A stretch of 64,000 nt of DNA from Squalus acanthias. Its lineage: Eukaryota. Location: NCBI GenBank assembly GCA_030390025.1, contig CM059432.1, positions 71,984,001 through 72,048,000 of the forward strand. Reading direction: 5' to 3'. Below the pieces are notes generated by a model. It was not told where the DNA came from, made no database searches, and saw only the letters and a list, made by a program, of their open reading frames with translations. Positions 9,343 to 19,773 of the stretch are shown here, piece by piece (position 1 is the stretch's first letter; the number at the start of each line of letters is the position of its first letter). Both the position numbers and the translations under genes were made by a program.

Positions 9343-11154
9343 TCATGGGGTACTATTAGACGGTCCTTCGGCACCTACGGGGCCGGTTGCGACCGCCACC
9401 TGTCCACGCGCATTCAAGACCAGCTTGCGCATGGCTCCTAACACTGCTTCGAGGTCGTCGGGAGGGGTGGGAGCACTAGCTTCCCTAGCCGGGACAGGCG
9501 CCTGGGCTCGGACCGCGGGATTTTTATCCTTGGAATCCTTCCAAGGGTTCCTGCAATGCTTGCGCCAGTGCCCTGTCTTCCCACACCCGTAACAAGCATT
9601 ACCTGCCTGTGGGGCGCGATTACCCTCCTGATGCCACTCTCTTTGATACGGGGCTGCGGGTCGTACCTCATGTACTTTTCCCTTAAGGGGACGTGTTGCC
9701 ATACCCCTTATATTGCAATAACCTAACGTGAGTCGATTCAAGACCGACTCTTCCGTAATGTTGGGGTCATTGGGATCAAACCATGCTTTTGCCTGCTCTC
9801 TGACGGCTGGTAAACTGTTGGCTATTATGCACCTAAGCCAATGAGTTAAAGCGGTGCCTTCCACATCTTCGCGCTCGGGCGCACCTAGGCAGCTGCGCTC
9901 ATATACTGGCCACAGCCTGTCGGCAAAAACCTTCGGGGGTTCTCCCTCCATCTGCACTGTCTGTCCCACTCTAGCAAACGGACCTTCGTCGTTCGCCCCC
10001 AACACTTCCAGGACCTCATTCTTTAATTCCTCATAACTCTTGGTTCCCCTCTTGCTCTCGCCTGAGAGACACTGAAGGACCGAGCTGTCTAATGAGAACA
10101 GCAGCATTTTTGCTGTCTCCCCATCATCGCAGCCGTTAATGGCTGCGGCTTGCTCAACTTCTCTGAAATGTACGGAAGGGTCGTCTGCCTCGGTCAGCTT
10201 CCGTACGTGATTTATCATAGCTCTCAGCTGATGTGAACTGTGAGGCAACACCAGCTGTCCGAGGAGATCCCCCGGTTCTTCCCCACCGTTTCTGCTTGGG
10301 CCCCTTTTAATACCCGTTACTGGATACAACGATCCCTTTCCTACTTCTTTTTCAATGGGCTCTTTTGTTTCTTCCATTGCTTCCTCCCTAACCCAGGTTT
10401 CTGAATAGCTGGGTGGCGCGGAGGGCGCAGTGGCTACTACTTCTTCTGCTTTACTTGGTGGGGATTTTCTAAATCTCTCATTTACTAGCGGCTGGTGTGC
10501 CGACGGATTGATGAGGCACACCATGCCGTTCGCATTGTTCACGGCCTTTTTGAGGTGCTCTATCTCCCTTTGGCAGGCGCTATGATCGGCTCCCTGAAAC
10601 TTATCCTCAAGGGCCAACTTATATGCCGCCCTAACCCCCGTTAAGCTCTCTTCTTGAGTTCTTATCTGGGCAGCTTGGCGGTTACATCTCTCCTTTAACC
10701 TGCTTTCATTCAACTTCGCCTCAGTGACCTGGCACTCGAGATAATCTATCCTTGTTTTAAGGTGACTGGAGACTTCCTGGCTTTCTTGGTGTAACTCATT
10801 TAAATTCTTAATGAGCACCTCCCCTCCAGAAACCTTCTCATCCATTTCTCCCTCTAAATGACTGATTCGAGCTACTAGCGCTGTAATGGTCTGGTTTGAA
10901 ATCTGAACCTGCCTTTTGTAACACATAAGCCAGACTGCTTTCTCAAGTGTCTTTCTATGTTCTTTACTATCTGTCCACCTTTCGGCTGCCTCTAGCGGAC
11001 TTTTATCCGCTAACAATTCACTTATCCATTTCTTAGTTAGATTAACCTTTCCAAACACATAATCTGCTATCTTTTCCTGCATAACATTTCGTACAGTCAT
11101 TCCAAAGTCTAACACACTACCCTCTCGCTGCCAGTGTCCTGCCGCGGTCGCCAT
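9343..11154 (-). CDS. gag: Gag polyprotein (603 aa)
   Basis: First ORF after the 5' LTR; N-terminal coiled-coil-like region, PSAPPSY motif, CCHC knuckle CYGCGKTGHWRKHC. Confidence 0.95.
   Translation of the reverse strand: MATAAGHWQREGSVLDFGMTVRNVMQEKIADYVFGKVNLTKKWISELLADKSPLEAAERWTDSKEHRKTLEKAVWLMCYKRQVQISNQTITALVARISHLEGEMDEKVSGGEVLIKNLNELHQESQEVSSHLKTRIDYLECQVTEAKLNESRLKERCNRQAAQIRTQEESLTGVRAAYKLALEDKFQGADHSACQREIEHLKKAVNNANGMVCLINPSAHQPLVNERFRKSPPSKAEEVVATAPSAPPSYSETWVREEAMEETKEPIEKEVGKGSLYPVTGIKRGPSRNGGEEPGDLLGQLVLPHSSHQLRAMINHVRKLTEADDPSVHFREVEQAAAINGCDDGETAKMLLFSLDSSVLQCLSGESKRGTKSYEELKNEVLEVLGANDEGPFARVGQTVQMEGEPPKVFADRLWPVYERSCLGAPEREDVEGTALTHWLRCIIANSLPAVREQAKAWFDPNDPNITEESVLNRLTLGYCNIRGMATRPLKGKVHEVRPAAPYQREWHQEGNRAPQAGNACYGCGKTGHWRKHCRNPWKDSKDKNPAVRAQAPVPAREASAPTPPDDLEAVLGAMRKLVLNARGQVAVATGPVGAEGPSNSTP
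11136..11153 (-). promoter_or_regulatory. Primer-binding site, tRNA-Ser-like (imperfect), overlapping gag ATG
   Basis: TGGCGACCGCGGCAGGAC starts 5 nt after the LTR end. TGGCG...GGCAGGA resembles the complement of vertebrate tRNA-Ser 3' ends, with internal mismatches. Confidence 0.6.
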
Positions 11155-11158
11155 TTTC

Positions 11159-12799
11159 TGTAAGGGATTCTGACCCTGCGTGTCTCGCAGCCTGTGAGAT
11201 TCACGCGGCTCTGTGCAGCCTGTATGTCAGTGCGGGTCTAGGCCTCGTTGCCTGTTCTGGTCTCCAGCCAGTCTGGGAACACTAGACACACCTGTGAGTG
11301 GTTCGAATCACTCTCCCTTATGGTTCTAGACACTGGACTTAGATGCGAGAGCAGTAATGGAGATGAAAGTCATGTAGACTCGGTTTGAATGGTACGAAAT
11401 GGAAAATCTTTATTGCATGATACTTAAGATTATGAAATACATGTCATAAGCACAGATTAATGACAGTACAATCTTACAAACAGTTATATAGTCGATCTTA
11501 GGGAAACGAGGAACGAACGGCACAAAGTAAATAGGGGCACACATTACAAATATCCTTAATCCTTAAACCCTCCCCTATCAATATCTATCCTAAACTAGAT
11601 TCGTAGGATCTCGAGACTCATGCTCACCACTCGTGATAACTCGGAGAAATTCCGAATAGCTGATCGGATGTTTTTCACCGCAGCACCCACGTGTCGGTCA
11701 GGAGATCTCCTGGTCCCACTTGTTTACTTGCTTCTGCTGCTCCGGCTAGCAGGCTGGAACGTCTGCTGTGATGAAGACCTGTGTTGGTTGGTTTAACAGG
11801 TACTTTTCGAGCACAGTTGTCGATATCATCGATACGATATGTTTCTTTGCAAGTTCGAAGAAGTCTTCCTGGCAAGGAAAACTTGGCTAATCGACCTACA
11901 GGCGCGGTCGGGATTTACTGACCGTGGCGATGGATATGGTCTTCCTCTCTTCTCATCTCATCTCATCTCATCTCATCTCATCTCATCTCATCTCATCTCG
12001 GGCCTTCGGTTCCGCTGCCAGTTACCAACATAGGTCTTCGTTACGCGACACGAGGTAGATCCGAACGGATCAGAAAGTTCAACAGTCCTTTTTCAAAAGA
12101 GGCAACAGGCAAGCAGAAGCCCAACTACGAGTACACAGGAGCAGCCACGATGATAAGAGCAGCAAGAGAAAGATGGACGGTTTGGAGCCTGCAATTATAG
12201 TGCAAAATCTTCCGTTTCCCGCCCAACTATAATGTCCATTCTTTTGTTTAGGGTTTGGCGCTCAAATGTCTTGTATGGGTGATCTCCGTTCTTAATGGGT
12301 TTCGGGGCTACTCGTAAATGTCTGAGTACCTGTTAATATTTCTCCCATTGTTAAATCGGTCGGTGTTCTCCCTGGAGGGGTTTGGGGCTTCCAAGTGTCC
12401 TGTATAACTACCTGCTAACGGCTCTCTCATCGTAGAGTCGTTGGGATTTTACATATTAATGTCTTTTGGATGGGCCCTTGATTACTCGGTACAATGGCTT
12501 TCCTTTGTACCTGGGAGACCGATTTCAGTATCTATGTGTATACTGCAAACCCATAATGTCTCGTGTATTATCTTCACTGTGCTGACTCTTAATCGATCTT
12601 GCACAAATGTTTATTGGAACGCCATCTTGTCTGCCTGTTGAAAAGTCTAGAATGTTCTGTCACGAGGTGCGGCGGCCATTTTACAGGCTGCTTGTGTCCA
12701 CTTTAAACCTGTCAGCATTCTGCTGAAATAAAAGCTGTTTGAACGAAACTCTGTGTTTTCTCCTTATTAACAAAATCGCGATATATTGCGAATTCTACA
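11159..12799 (-). repeat. 5' LTR (1641 bp)
   Basis: Direct repeat of 104-1724; (TCTCA)9 at 11951-11995. Confidence 0.97.
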
Positions 12800-13460
12800 T
12801 GCCCTCACCCCGGCCCCTCCCTCCCGGAACCACGATAGAGTTCCCCTTGTCCTCACCTTTCACCCCACCAGCCTCCACATTCAATGTATCATCCTCCGCC
12901 ATTTCCGCCACCTCCAGCGTGATCCCACCACCAAACGCATCTTCCCCTCACCTCCCCTTTCAGCATTCCGTAGGGACCGCTCCCTCCGCGACACCCTGGT
13001 CCACTCCTCTATCGCCCCCAACACCCTTTCCCCTTCACCCGGCACCTTCCCGTGCAAGCGCAGGAGATGCAACACATGCCCTTATACCTCCCCACTTCCC
13101 ACTGTCCAGGGCCCCAAACACCCCTTCCAGGTGAAACAGCGATTTACTTGTACTTCTTGCAATTTAGTATACTGTATTCGCTGCTCACGATGTGGTCTCC
13201 TCTACATTGGGGAGACCAAACGCAGATTGGGTGACCGCTTTGTGGAACACCTCCGTTCAGTCCGTAAGGGGGACCCCGAGCTTCCGGTCGCCTGTCACTT
13301 TAATTCACTGCTCCACTCCCACTCAGACCTCACCGTCCTCGGCCTCTTGCATTGTTCCACGGAAGCGCAGCGTAAGCTCGAGGAACAGCACCTCATCTTT
13401 CGATTAGGCACTTTACAGCCTTCTGGACTCAACATAGAATTCAACAATTTCAGATCATAA
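12800..13460 (+). pseudogene. Penelope-like element ORF C-terminus (linker + GIY-YIG endonuclease), interrupted by the provirus
   Basis: CKRRRCNTC, NLVYCIRCSRCGLLYIGETKRRLGDRFVEH, VACHF, EEQHLIFRLGTLQPSGLNIEF are typical PLE GIY-YIG motifs. Confidence 0.92.
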
Positions 13461-13851
13461 CATATATATATATTTTTTATCCATACTTTTGTTCTGTTCT
13501 CTCCCACAGGGCAGCTGTCTTCCATTCTGCCAGCGCAATTTACACTTCATCTAGAGCCATCCTTTGTTTCTTAACCTGTCCCATTACCATCCCCTTTTGC
13601 CTTGAATATCTCTTAATGTTTCTCAATGTCTCTTAATCTCTCCTGCCTTCCAGCCTATCACAGGCCTTCCCTTTTGTTCTTTCATCCCCCCACCCCCATT
13701 TCCCAGCCACTACACTTGCTTAAAAATCTGTTCCATTTCCTGCTTTTTTCCAGTTCTGACGAAAGGTCATCGACATGAAACGTTAATTCTGTTTCTCTCT
13801 TCACAGATGTTGCCTGACCTGCTGAGTATTTCCAGCATTTTCTGTTTTTAT
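13461..13851 (+). mobile_element. Penelope 3' region / pseudo-LTR
   Basis: Follows the GIY-YIG ORF; its last ~100 bp recur at 41371-41505 and 47450-47570. Confidence 0.7.
13752..13788 (+). ncRNA. Minimal type I hammerhead ribozyme motif
   Basis: AGTT-CTGACGA-aaggtcatcgacat-GAAAC-GTT-AATT: CUGANGA and GAAA cores, stem II, palindromic AACGTT in place of stem III. Confidence 0.7.
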
Positions 13852-16533
13852 CTGCAGAATCATCGTGGTTTGCTATGCCCTGCACAACATCGCACTTACC
13901 GCTGCCTGAGGAACAAATGGCTCAGTGCACAGCCTCCTCCTCCTCAGAGGAGGAGGAGGAGGAGGCGGCAGATGAGGAAGACCTTGCGGAGGCGGATGCG
14001 CCAGTTCCACCAACATGCGAGCACATTGCTGGCCGTGAGGCAAGGGATGCACTAATCCATGCCAGATTCGCGTAAGTTTACGCAGCAAACACATGTGGCT
14101 GGCACACTGAAATGAGTGTCTGACCGACCTTCTTAACACACCATACAACATCTGTACAATAAACTGTGGGTTCCTATCACTCTCACTACCATCATTACAG
14201 ATGAAAGGCACCCTGACCCCTCACTGTGCAACTTCCATTTCTGAGCAGACATAGGCCAACTCTTTGAATCTTTGCCATCGCATTTCTTTATTACAATTGA
14301 AATAACGATGAGAAACTTCACTTTGTATTAGATCAAAACACCCAAGTGACTACCCTTGTGACTATTTGTGTGTTAACTTTCTCTTACGCGTGCTTCTACG
14401 TGATACTTCCCCTGCACTTCAACAGATGTTGAGGCACCTTGCTCACTTGCATGCTGCGCCTTTGGCAGGTGTCTTCTGGGTTTGGGAGCCTGGGAGGGCT
14501 CGGCAACAGTCTGCTCCTCCTGCGGCTGTGCAGGGGCTGAGACGGCGATTTCAGTTGGGTGAGGAATCGAGGGCTCTGACCGAGGGCTCCACAGTGGCAT
14601 GGGAGTGTGAGCGCTTGGAGAGGAGCCCACACTTCCTTGTTGTTGACCACCAACATCCCTCGCATGGGTCACCCACACTTCACTGCTAGCAAGTAGCTGG
14701 AGAGCACCTTGCTGCACATCAGTGGGGCCATGAGGACCCATCTCTGTACTGACAGTCCTCATAACGGGGACGTCCATGTACCTCTGGTTCCTCTCCTCAA
14801 TAGATGCCCATCTATCCTCCATAGCAGACCATCTATTTAGAAGAGTCACCATGTTAATTTGAGTCTGGCGATTTATGTCCTCCATGGAGGTTGCCATCCT
14901 TTCCATGGCGGCACCTACATTCGCCATTGCGTGCACCATGGCATTGCTCATGTTTGAGATGGACTCCTCCATTTTCTGCACACTCGCTGTTACCGTGGAT
15001 GCAAACCCTGTCAGAGACTCCTGCACTTGTTCCTGAAGTTCCAGCACTGCTCTCTTTCTGGATGGCCCCAGAGGCACAGCGTCTACATGCAGCTGAGCAG
15101 AGCTAGGAGCCTCCTGCAACCTCCGACGAGGACTCTCCACTGCTGTCCCTGTCTCCACCATCTGCTGATGCTCACCTGTGAGCTGTGATTCACCAGGTGA
15201 CAACACTAATCTATCTCGCGAATGACCCACCGAGGTGTGCGTCTCTGCGCTGGTGCTGGGTGCGCTCAATTCTGCTGATGCTGCTCCCTCAGAGGCTGCA
15301 GCTTCCTCTGTGGAGTCTTTCGGCTCTTCCTCCTGGACAGTGGGGAGGGGGGCTCTCGATGGTCCTGTGGGGGAGTAAAGGCATGATTTAGACATGTGAT
15401 ATTAATGTAGCAGACACATCCCATTGTGCAGATGATCAGAACTCAATCTGTATGAACATCAGATGCCATATCAGTCACTCATGCAATCTAAATGAGAGGG
15501 CTGCAGATCTATTCTGTCACCAGCTTGCTCTACTGTGCCCGTCTCTCCGTCACCCACTTCCAGCTCCTCAGCACCTCCGACGATGTCGATAGCAGCCTCC
15601 TCAGCGGTGGTCAATTGCGCCAAGGAAGCTGGCCCTTCTCCTGTCCTGCCCCTCTCCCTCTTATTGTGGGCTCTCATTTCCTGCAATGAGGGACACAAGT
15701 GGCGTTTGAGTGAGAATGATGGAGTGAGTGTAGAGAATCCATAGCATAGATGCTTAGAAGGAGACAAAGATGGAGTGTGGTGCCAGTACCAAGGGCCCTC
15801 CCTGTGTGTTGTTAGTTGTTGTCATTGCATAACAGTGATAGCGAGAGTGAGGGGTGCATATTAGAATGGTGAAGTGATTCTGTACATAGAGAGAGGGATG
15901 GATAAGGGTGCAAGGGATGTAAGGGTAGGTTGGGATGTGCAGGAGTAGGTTGACAATGCAGAGTGCTGGTGATGAGAGGAGATGGGGAGCAGATTGAAGG
16001 TAAGTGTGATGTTATACTCACTTTTGCTGAGCATAGCAGGTCATTGAACCTTTTCCTGCACTGAACCCAGGTGCGTGCACACAAAGACCTGGCGCTAACC
16101 TCCTCAGCAATTTGCAGCCAGGCAGTCTTCGTTTGCTGAGGAGGCTTCCTACGTCCATTTGAGGGGAACAGAATCTCCTTGCACCCTCTCACTCCCTCCA
16201 CAAGAGCATGGAGGGAGTCATCATCAAATCTTGGAGAAGCCTTGGCTCTTGAAGCAGTCATCTCGCTATCAGTAACACTGAGAAGCAGCAGAATGTGAAT
16301 GAAATACCCAAAGGCTGCATGGGCCCCTTAAATGCAGCTGAATTGAAGACATCAGCAGAGACGAGCAGCAGACCCGAACCCACTGATTGGGCCGGGTAGC
16401 GCACACGGCGGTCTTAATAAGCCCAGTTAAGGCAAAATAGTTATTTCAGAGCGGCTGAAACCGGCAGCGGGACCGGAACCCACCGACTAGCCAACCCAAC
16501 TCCAACCCGCCACCTATGGTAAAATCACAGCCC
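13852..16533. mobile_element. PIF/Harbinger element A: transposase 3' remnant (+, 13852-14075) and convergent Myb/SANT-like gene (-)
   Basis: RIIVVCYALHN..poly-E..ARDALIHARF matches the C-terminus of the transposase at 33644-34804. Right boundary approximate. Confidence 0.8.
14373..16261 (-). CDS. Harbinger Myb/SANT-like (trihelix) protein, 3 predicted exons 16261-16022, 15680-15521, 15364-14373 (~463 aa)
   Basis: PRF..LVE..LFP..W.QIAEEV..RTWVQCRKRFNDL domain; GT-AG introns in phases 0 and 1 giving one open frame; same exon layout as the copies at 35-37 kb and 49-51 kb. Confidence 0.75.
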
Positions 16534-16539
16534 ATGTTT

Positions 16540-16807
16540 AGGACAGCTGGGGAATTCATCCAATTTGCCATGACAGCTAGGTAGTAAGATGACAGGGCAA
16601 TGTGATATTATCATGTTATCCTGGGTTCCCCAACTCCAGAATGCAATAGATGGCATGCACATTGCATTGCGAGTTCTTACAGGTAATCCCCTGAACTTTC
16701 TGAATAGAAAGGGGCACTTCTCACTTAATGTCCAGATTGTGTGTTCACAGATGCTAAGAATCCTGCACATCAGTGACAGATTTTCTGGAAGTTGTCATGA
16801 TTCCTAA
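16540..16807 (+). pseudogene. Harbinger transposase fragment
   Basis: AIDGMHIAL..NRKGHFSLNVQIVC..FSGSCHD. Confidence 0.8.
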
Positions 16808-16859
16808 GGAATTTAACCTTCCATGAGCTCTTCAAAGAAGATAGTCAATGAGGCAGAGA

Positions 16860-17052
16860 AGCGATCGGGATGGAGCGAGGCGATCGAGAGGGAGGTGAAC
16901 AATCAAGTGAGAGGGGCGATCGAGAGGGAGGGGCGATCGAGAGGGAGGGACGATCAGGAGGCAGGGGTGATCAGGTAGGTGGGGGTGATTGGGAGAGGGG
17001 AGAAGCGATCAGGAGAGGGGATGGCGATTGGGTGGGCGCCGATCGGGAGCCG
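16860..17052. repeat. Purine-rich degenerate tandem repeat (GCGATCGRGAGGGAG-like)
   Basis: About ten GCGATC/GATC cores separated by G/A runs. Confidence 0.6.
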
Positions 17053-17645
17053 ACAACGGTCTTCAGCTCCTGCTCCTCCCGGCTCCACTTTCATGTAAAT
17101 ATTTTTTTAACAAACTTACCTTTTTGGTGGCGGCCTGCAGTGGCCCATTTAAGGACACATGTAGACCATGTTTTCATGAATGCAGCCAGCCAGGCACCGG
17201 TTGCATTCAAGGCAGCCCAATCTTGTAATAGGGGCCTCAAACATTTGTATATGCAAAGAGCCTAATGCTTGTTTTAGACATGGGCTGAAATGAGGCTGAA
17301 TGCCTCTTTTTCTGCCTTTACCAATATGGCCTGGCGTGAAATCTGTGTGCGCATACCCCCAACTTACATACCCCCAACTTATTGGGCACTTTGCCACCTG
17401 TTTTACGCATGTAATTCTTGATTGCTTGTACTATTAGTATTAACATGCATACATTTTTCTAATGAATGGGCCGTTTAATAAACCATTTTTCCATATCTGC
17501 CTATAAATTGTTTTTTCTATCTACAGCCATTCACATTTTCTTTCCTGCAATATTCCTTTTCTGATAGAGAACACCTCATATTCTTATCTACATCACTGAC
17601 ATTCCCATTATCAGCAGGTTGAAAAATACATTTTACTCCACATTC

Positions 17646-18037
17646 GTGACTTAGCGTTAGCATTCTCACCTCTGAGTCAGAATGGATTGGGCTCAAGTCC
17701 GCTGCAGAGACCTGAGCATATAATCCAGGCTGACACCTCAGTACTGCATTGTCAGAGTTACGGTCTAGCGAATGAGATGTTTAAATCGAGAACCCATCTG
17801 CTCTCTCAAGTGGATGTAAAAAATCCCATGGCACTATTCGAAGAGAGCAAGTTCTTCCAGTGTCCTGGCCAATAGTTATCCCTCAACCAACACTACTAAA
17901 ACTGTTTTATGGGTCATTTATCTCACTGCTGTTTGTGGGACCTTGTGCACAAATTATCTGCCGCGTTTCCTTATGTTACAACAGTGACTGCACTTCAATA
18001 AGTACTTCATTGACTGTGAAGTGCTTTGGGATGTCAT
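17646..18037 (+). mobile_element. tRNA-derived DeuSINE (SacSINE1-like), diverged
   Basis: Similar to 44441-44892; ATCCCATGGCACT..GTGTCCTGGCCAA Deu-like core. Confidence 0.75.
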
Positions 18038-19773
18038 AGGAACATAGGAACAGGAGTAGGTCATTCAGCCCCTCGAACCTGTTCTGCCATTCAATGAGAT
18101 CATGGCTGATCTGCGACCTAACTCCATATACCTGCCTTTGGCCCATATCCCTTAATACCTTTAGTTAACAAAAAGCTATCAATCCCAGATTTAAAATTAA
18201 CAATTGATCTAGCATCAATTGCCATTTGCAGAAGAGAGTTCCAAACTTCGACCACCCTTTGTGTGTAGAAGTGATTCCTAATTTTATTCCTGAAAGTTCT
18301 GGCTCTAATTTTTAGACTATATCCCCTAGTCCTAGACTCACCAACCAACGGAAATAGTTTCTCTCTATCTACCCTATCTGTTCCCTTTAATATCTTGAAA
18401 ACTTTGATCAAATCACCCCTTACCTTTCAAAATTCTAGGGAATACAAATACTAATTTGTGTAATCTCGCCTCGAAATTTAACCCGTGGAATCCGAGAATC
18501 ATTCTGGTAAACCTACGCTGCACTCCCTCCAAGGCCAATATATCCTTCCTAAGGTGTGGTGCCCAGAACTGTTCACAGTACTCCAGGTGTGGTCTAACCA
18601 GGGTTTTGTACAGCTGCAGTATAACTTCTATCCCCTTGTATTCTAGTCCTCTAGATATAAAGGCTAGCATTCCATTAGCCTTTTTGATTATTTTCTGTAC
18701 CTGTTCATGACATTTTAATGATCTCTGTACCTGGACCACCAAGTCTCTTTGGACCTCCACTATTTTTAGATTTTGACTATTTAGAAAGTACCCTGTTCTA
18801 TCCTTTTTAGGTCCAAAGTGGATGACCTCACATTTGCCTATATTGAAATCCATTTGCCACAGTTTTGATCATTCACTTTGTAATTTTATGCTTTCATCTA
18901 CACTGCCTACAATGCCGCCTATCTTTGTGTCATCGGCAAATTTGGATATGTAGCTTTCTATGCCATCATCTAAATTGTGAATAAATACAGTGAATAGTTG
19001 TGGCCCTGCAGGACACCACGAGTCACATCCTGCCAATTAGAGTATCTGCCCGTTATCCCTACTCTCTGTCTCCTGCCGCTCAGCCAATTTCTGAACCAGG
19101 TCAATAATTTGCCTTCAATTCCATGGGCTTCAACCTTAGTTAACAATCTCTTATGCAGGACTTCATGAAATGCCTTCTGGAAGTCTATATAAATAGCATC
19201 CATAGACATTCTCCTGTCCAGTACTTTAGTCACCTCTTCAAAAAATTCAATCAGGTTTGTCAGGCTTGAACTATCTTTCAGAAATCCACGCTGGCTCTCT
19301 GATCAGCTGAAAATTTTCGAGGTGTTCAGTCACCCTATCCTTAATTATAGACTCTAGTAATTTCCTGACAACAGATGTTAGGCTAACTGGTCTATAATTC
19401 CCTGGTTTCCCTCTCTCGCTATTCTTAAATAGCGGAGTGACATGCACAATTTTCCAATCTAAAGGGAAGCTTCCTGAATCAAGAAAACTTTGGAAGATTA
19501 TAGGATTATAGTCAGGACATCTGCAATGTGCTCACCTACTTCCTTTAAAACCCTGGGATGGAAACCATTTGGTCCTGGGGATTTGTCACTCTTTAGTGCC
19601 ATTATTTTTTTCATTACTGCTATTTTGCTTCCGTTAATTTTATTGAGTCCCTGTCCCTGATTCAATATTAGTTTCCTTGGGATTTCCGGCCTGCTATCCT
19701 CTTTCTCTACTGTAAATACTGACGCAAAGTAATTATTCAACATGTCCGCCATTTCCTTATTATCAATGACATT

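Larger units (their letters stand above)
104..12799 (-). mobile_element. Full-length endogenous retrovirus-like element (LTR-gag-pol-env-LTR), lokiretrovirus-like
   Basis: Two ~1.6-kb direct repeats with TGTA..TACA ends, 4-bp TSD TGCC (100-103 and 12800-12803), three long uninterrupted ORFs, PBS and PPT. Lineage is inferred from dual RNase H and an F-like env. Confidence 0.95.
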
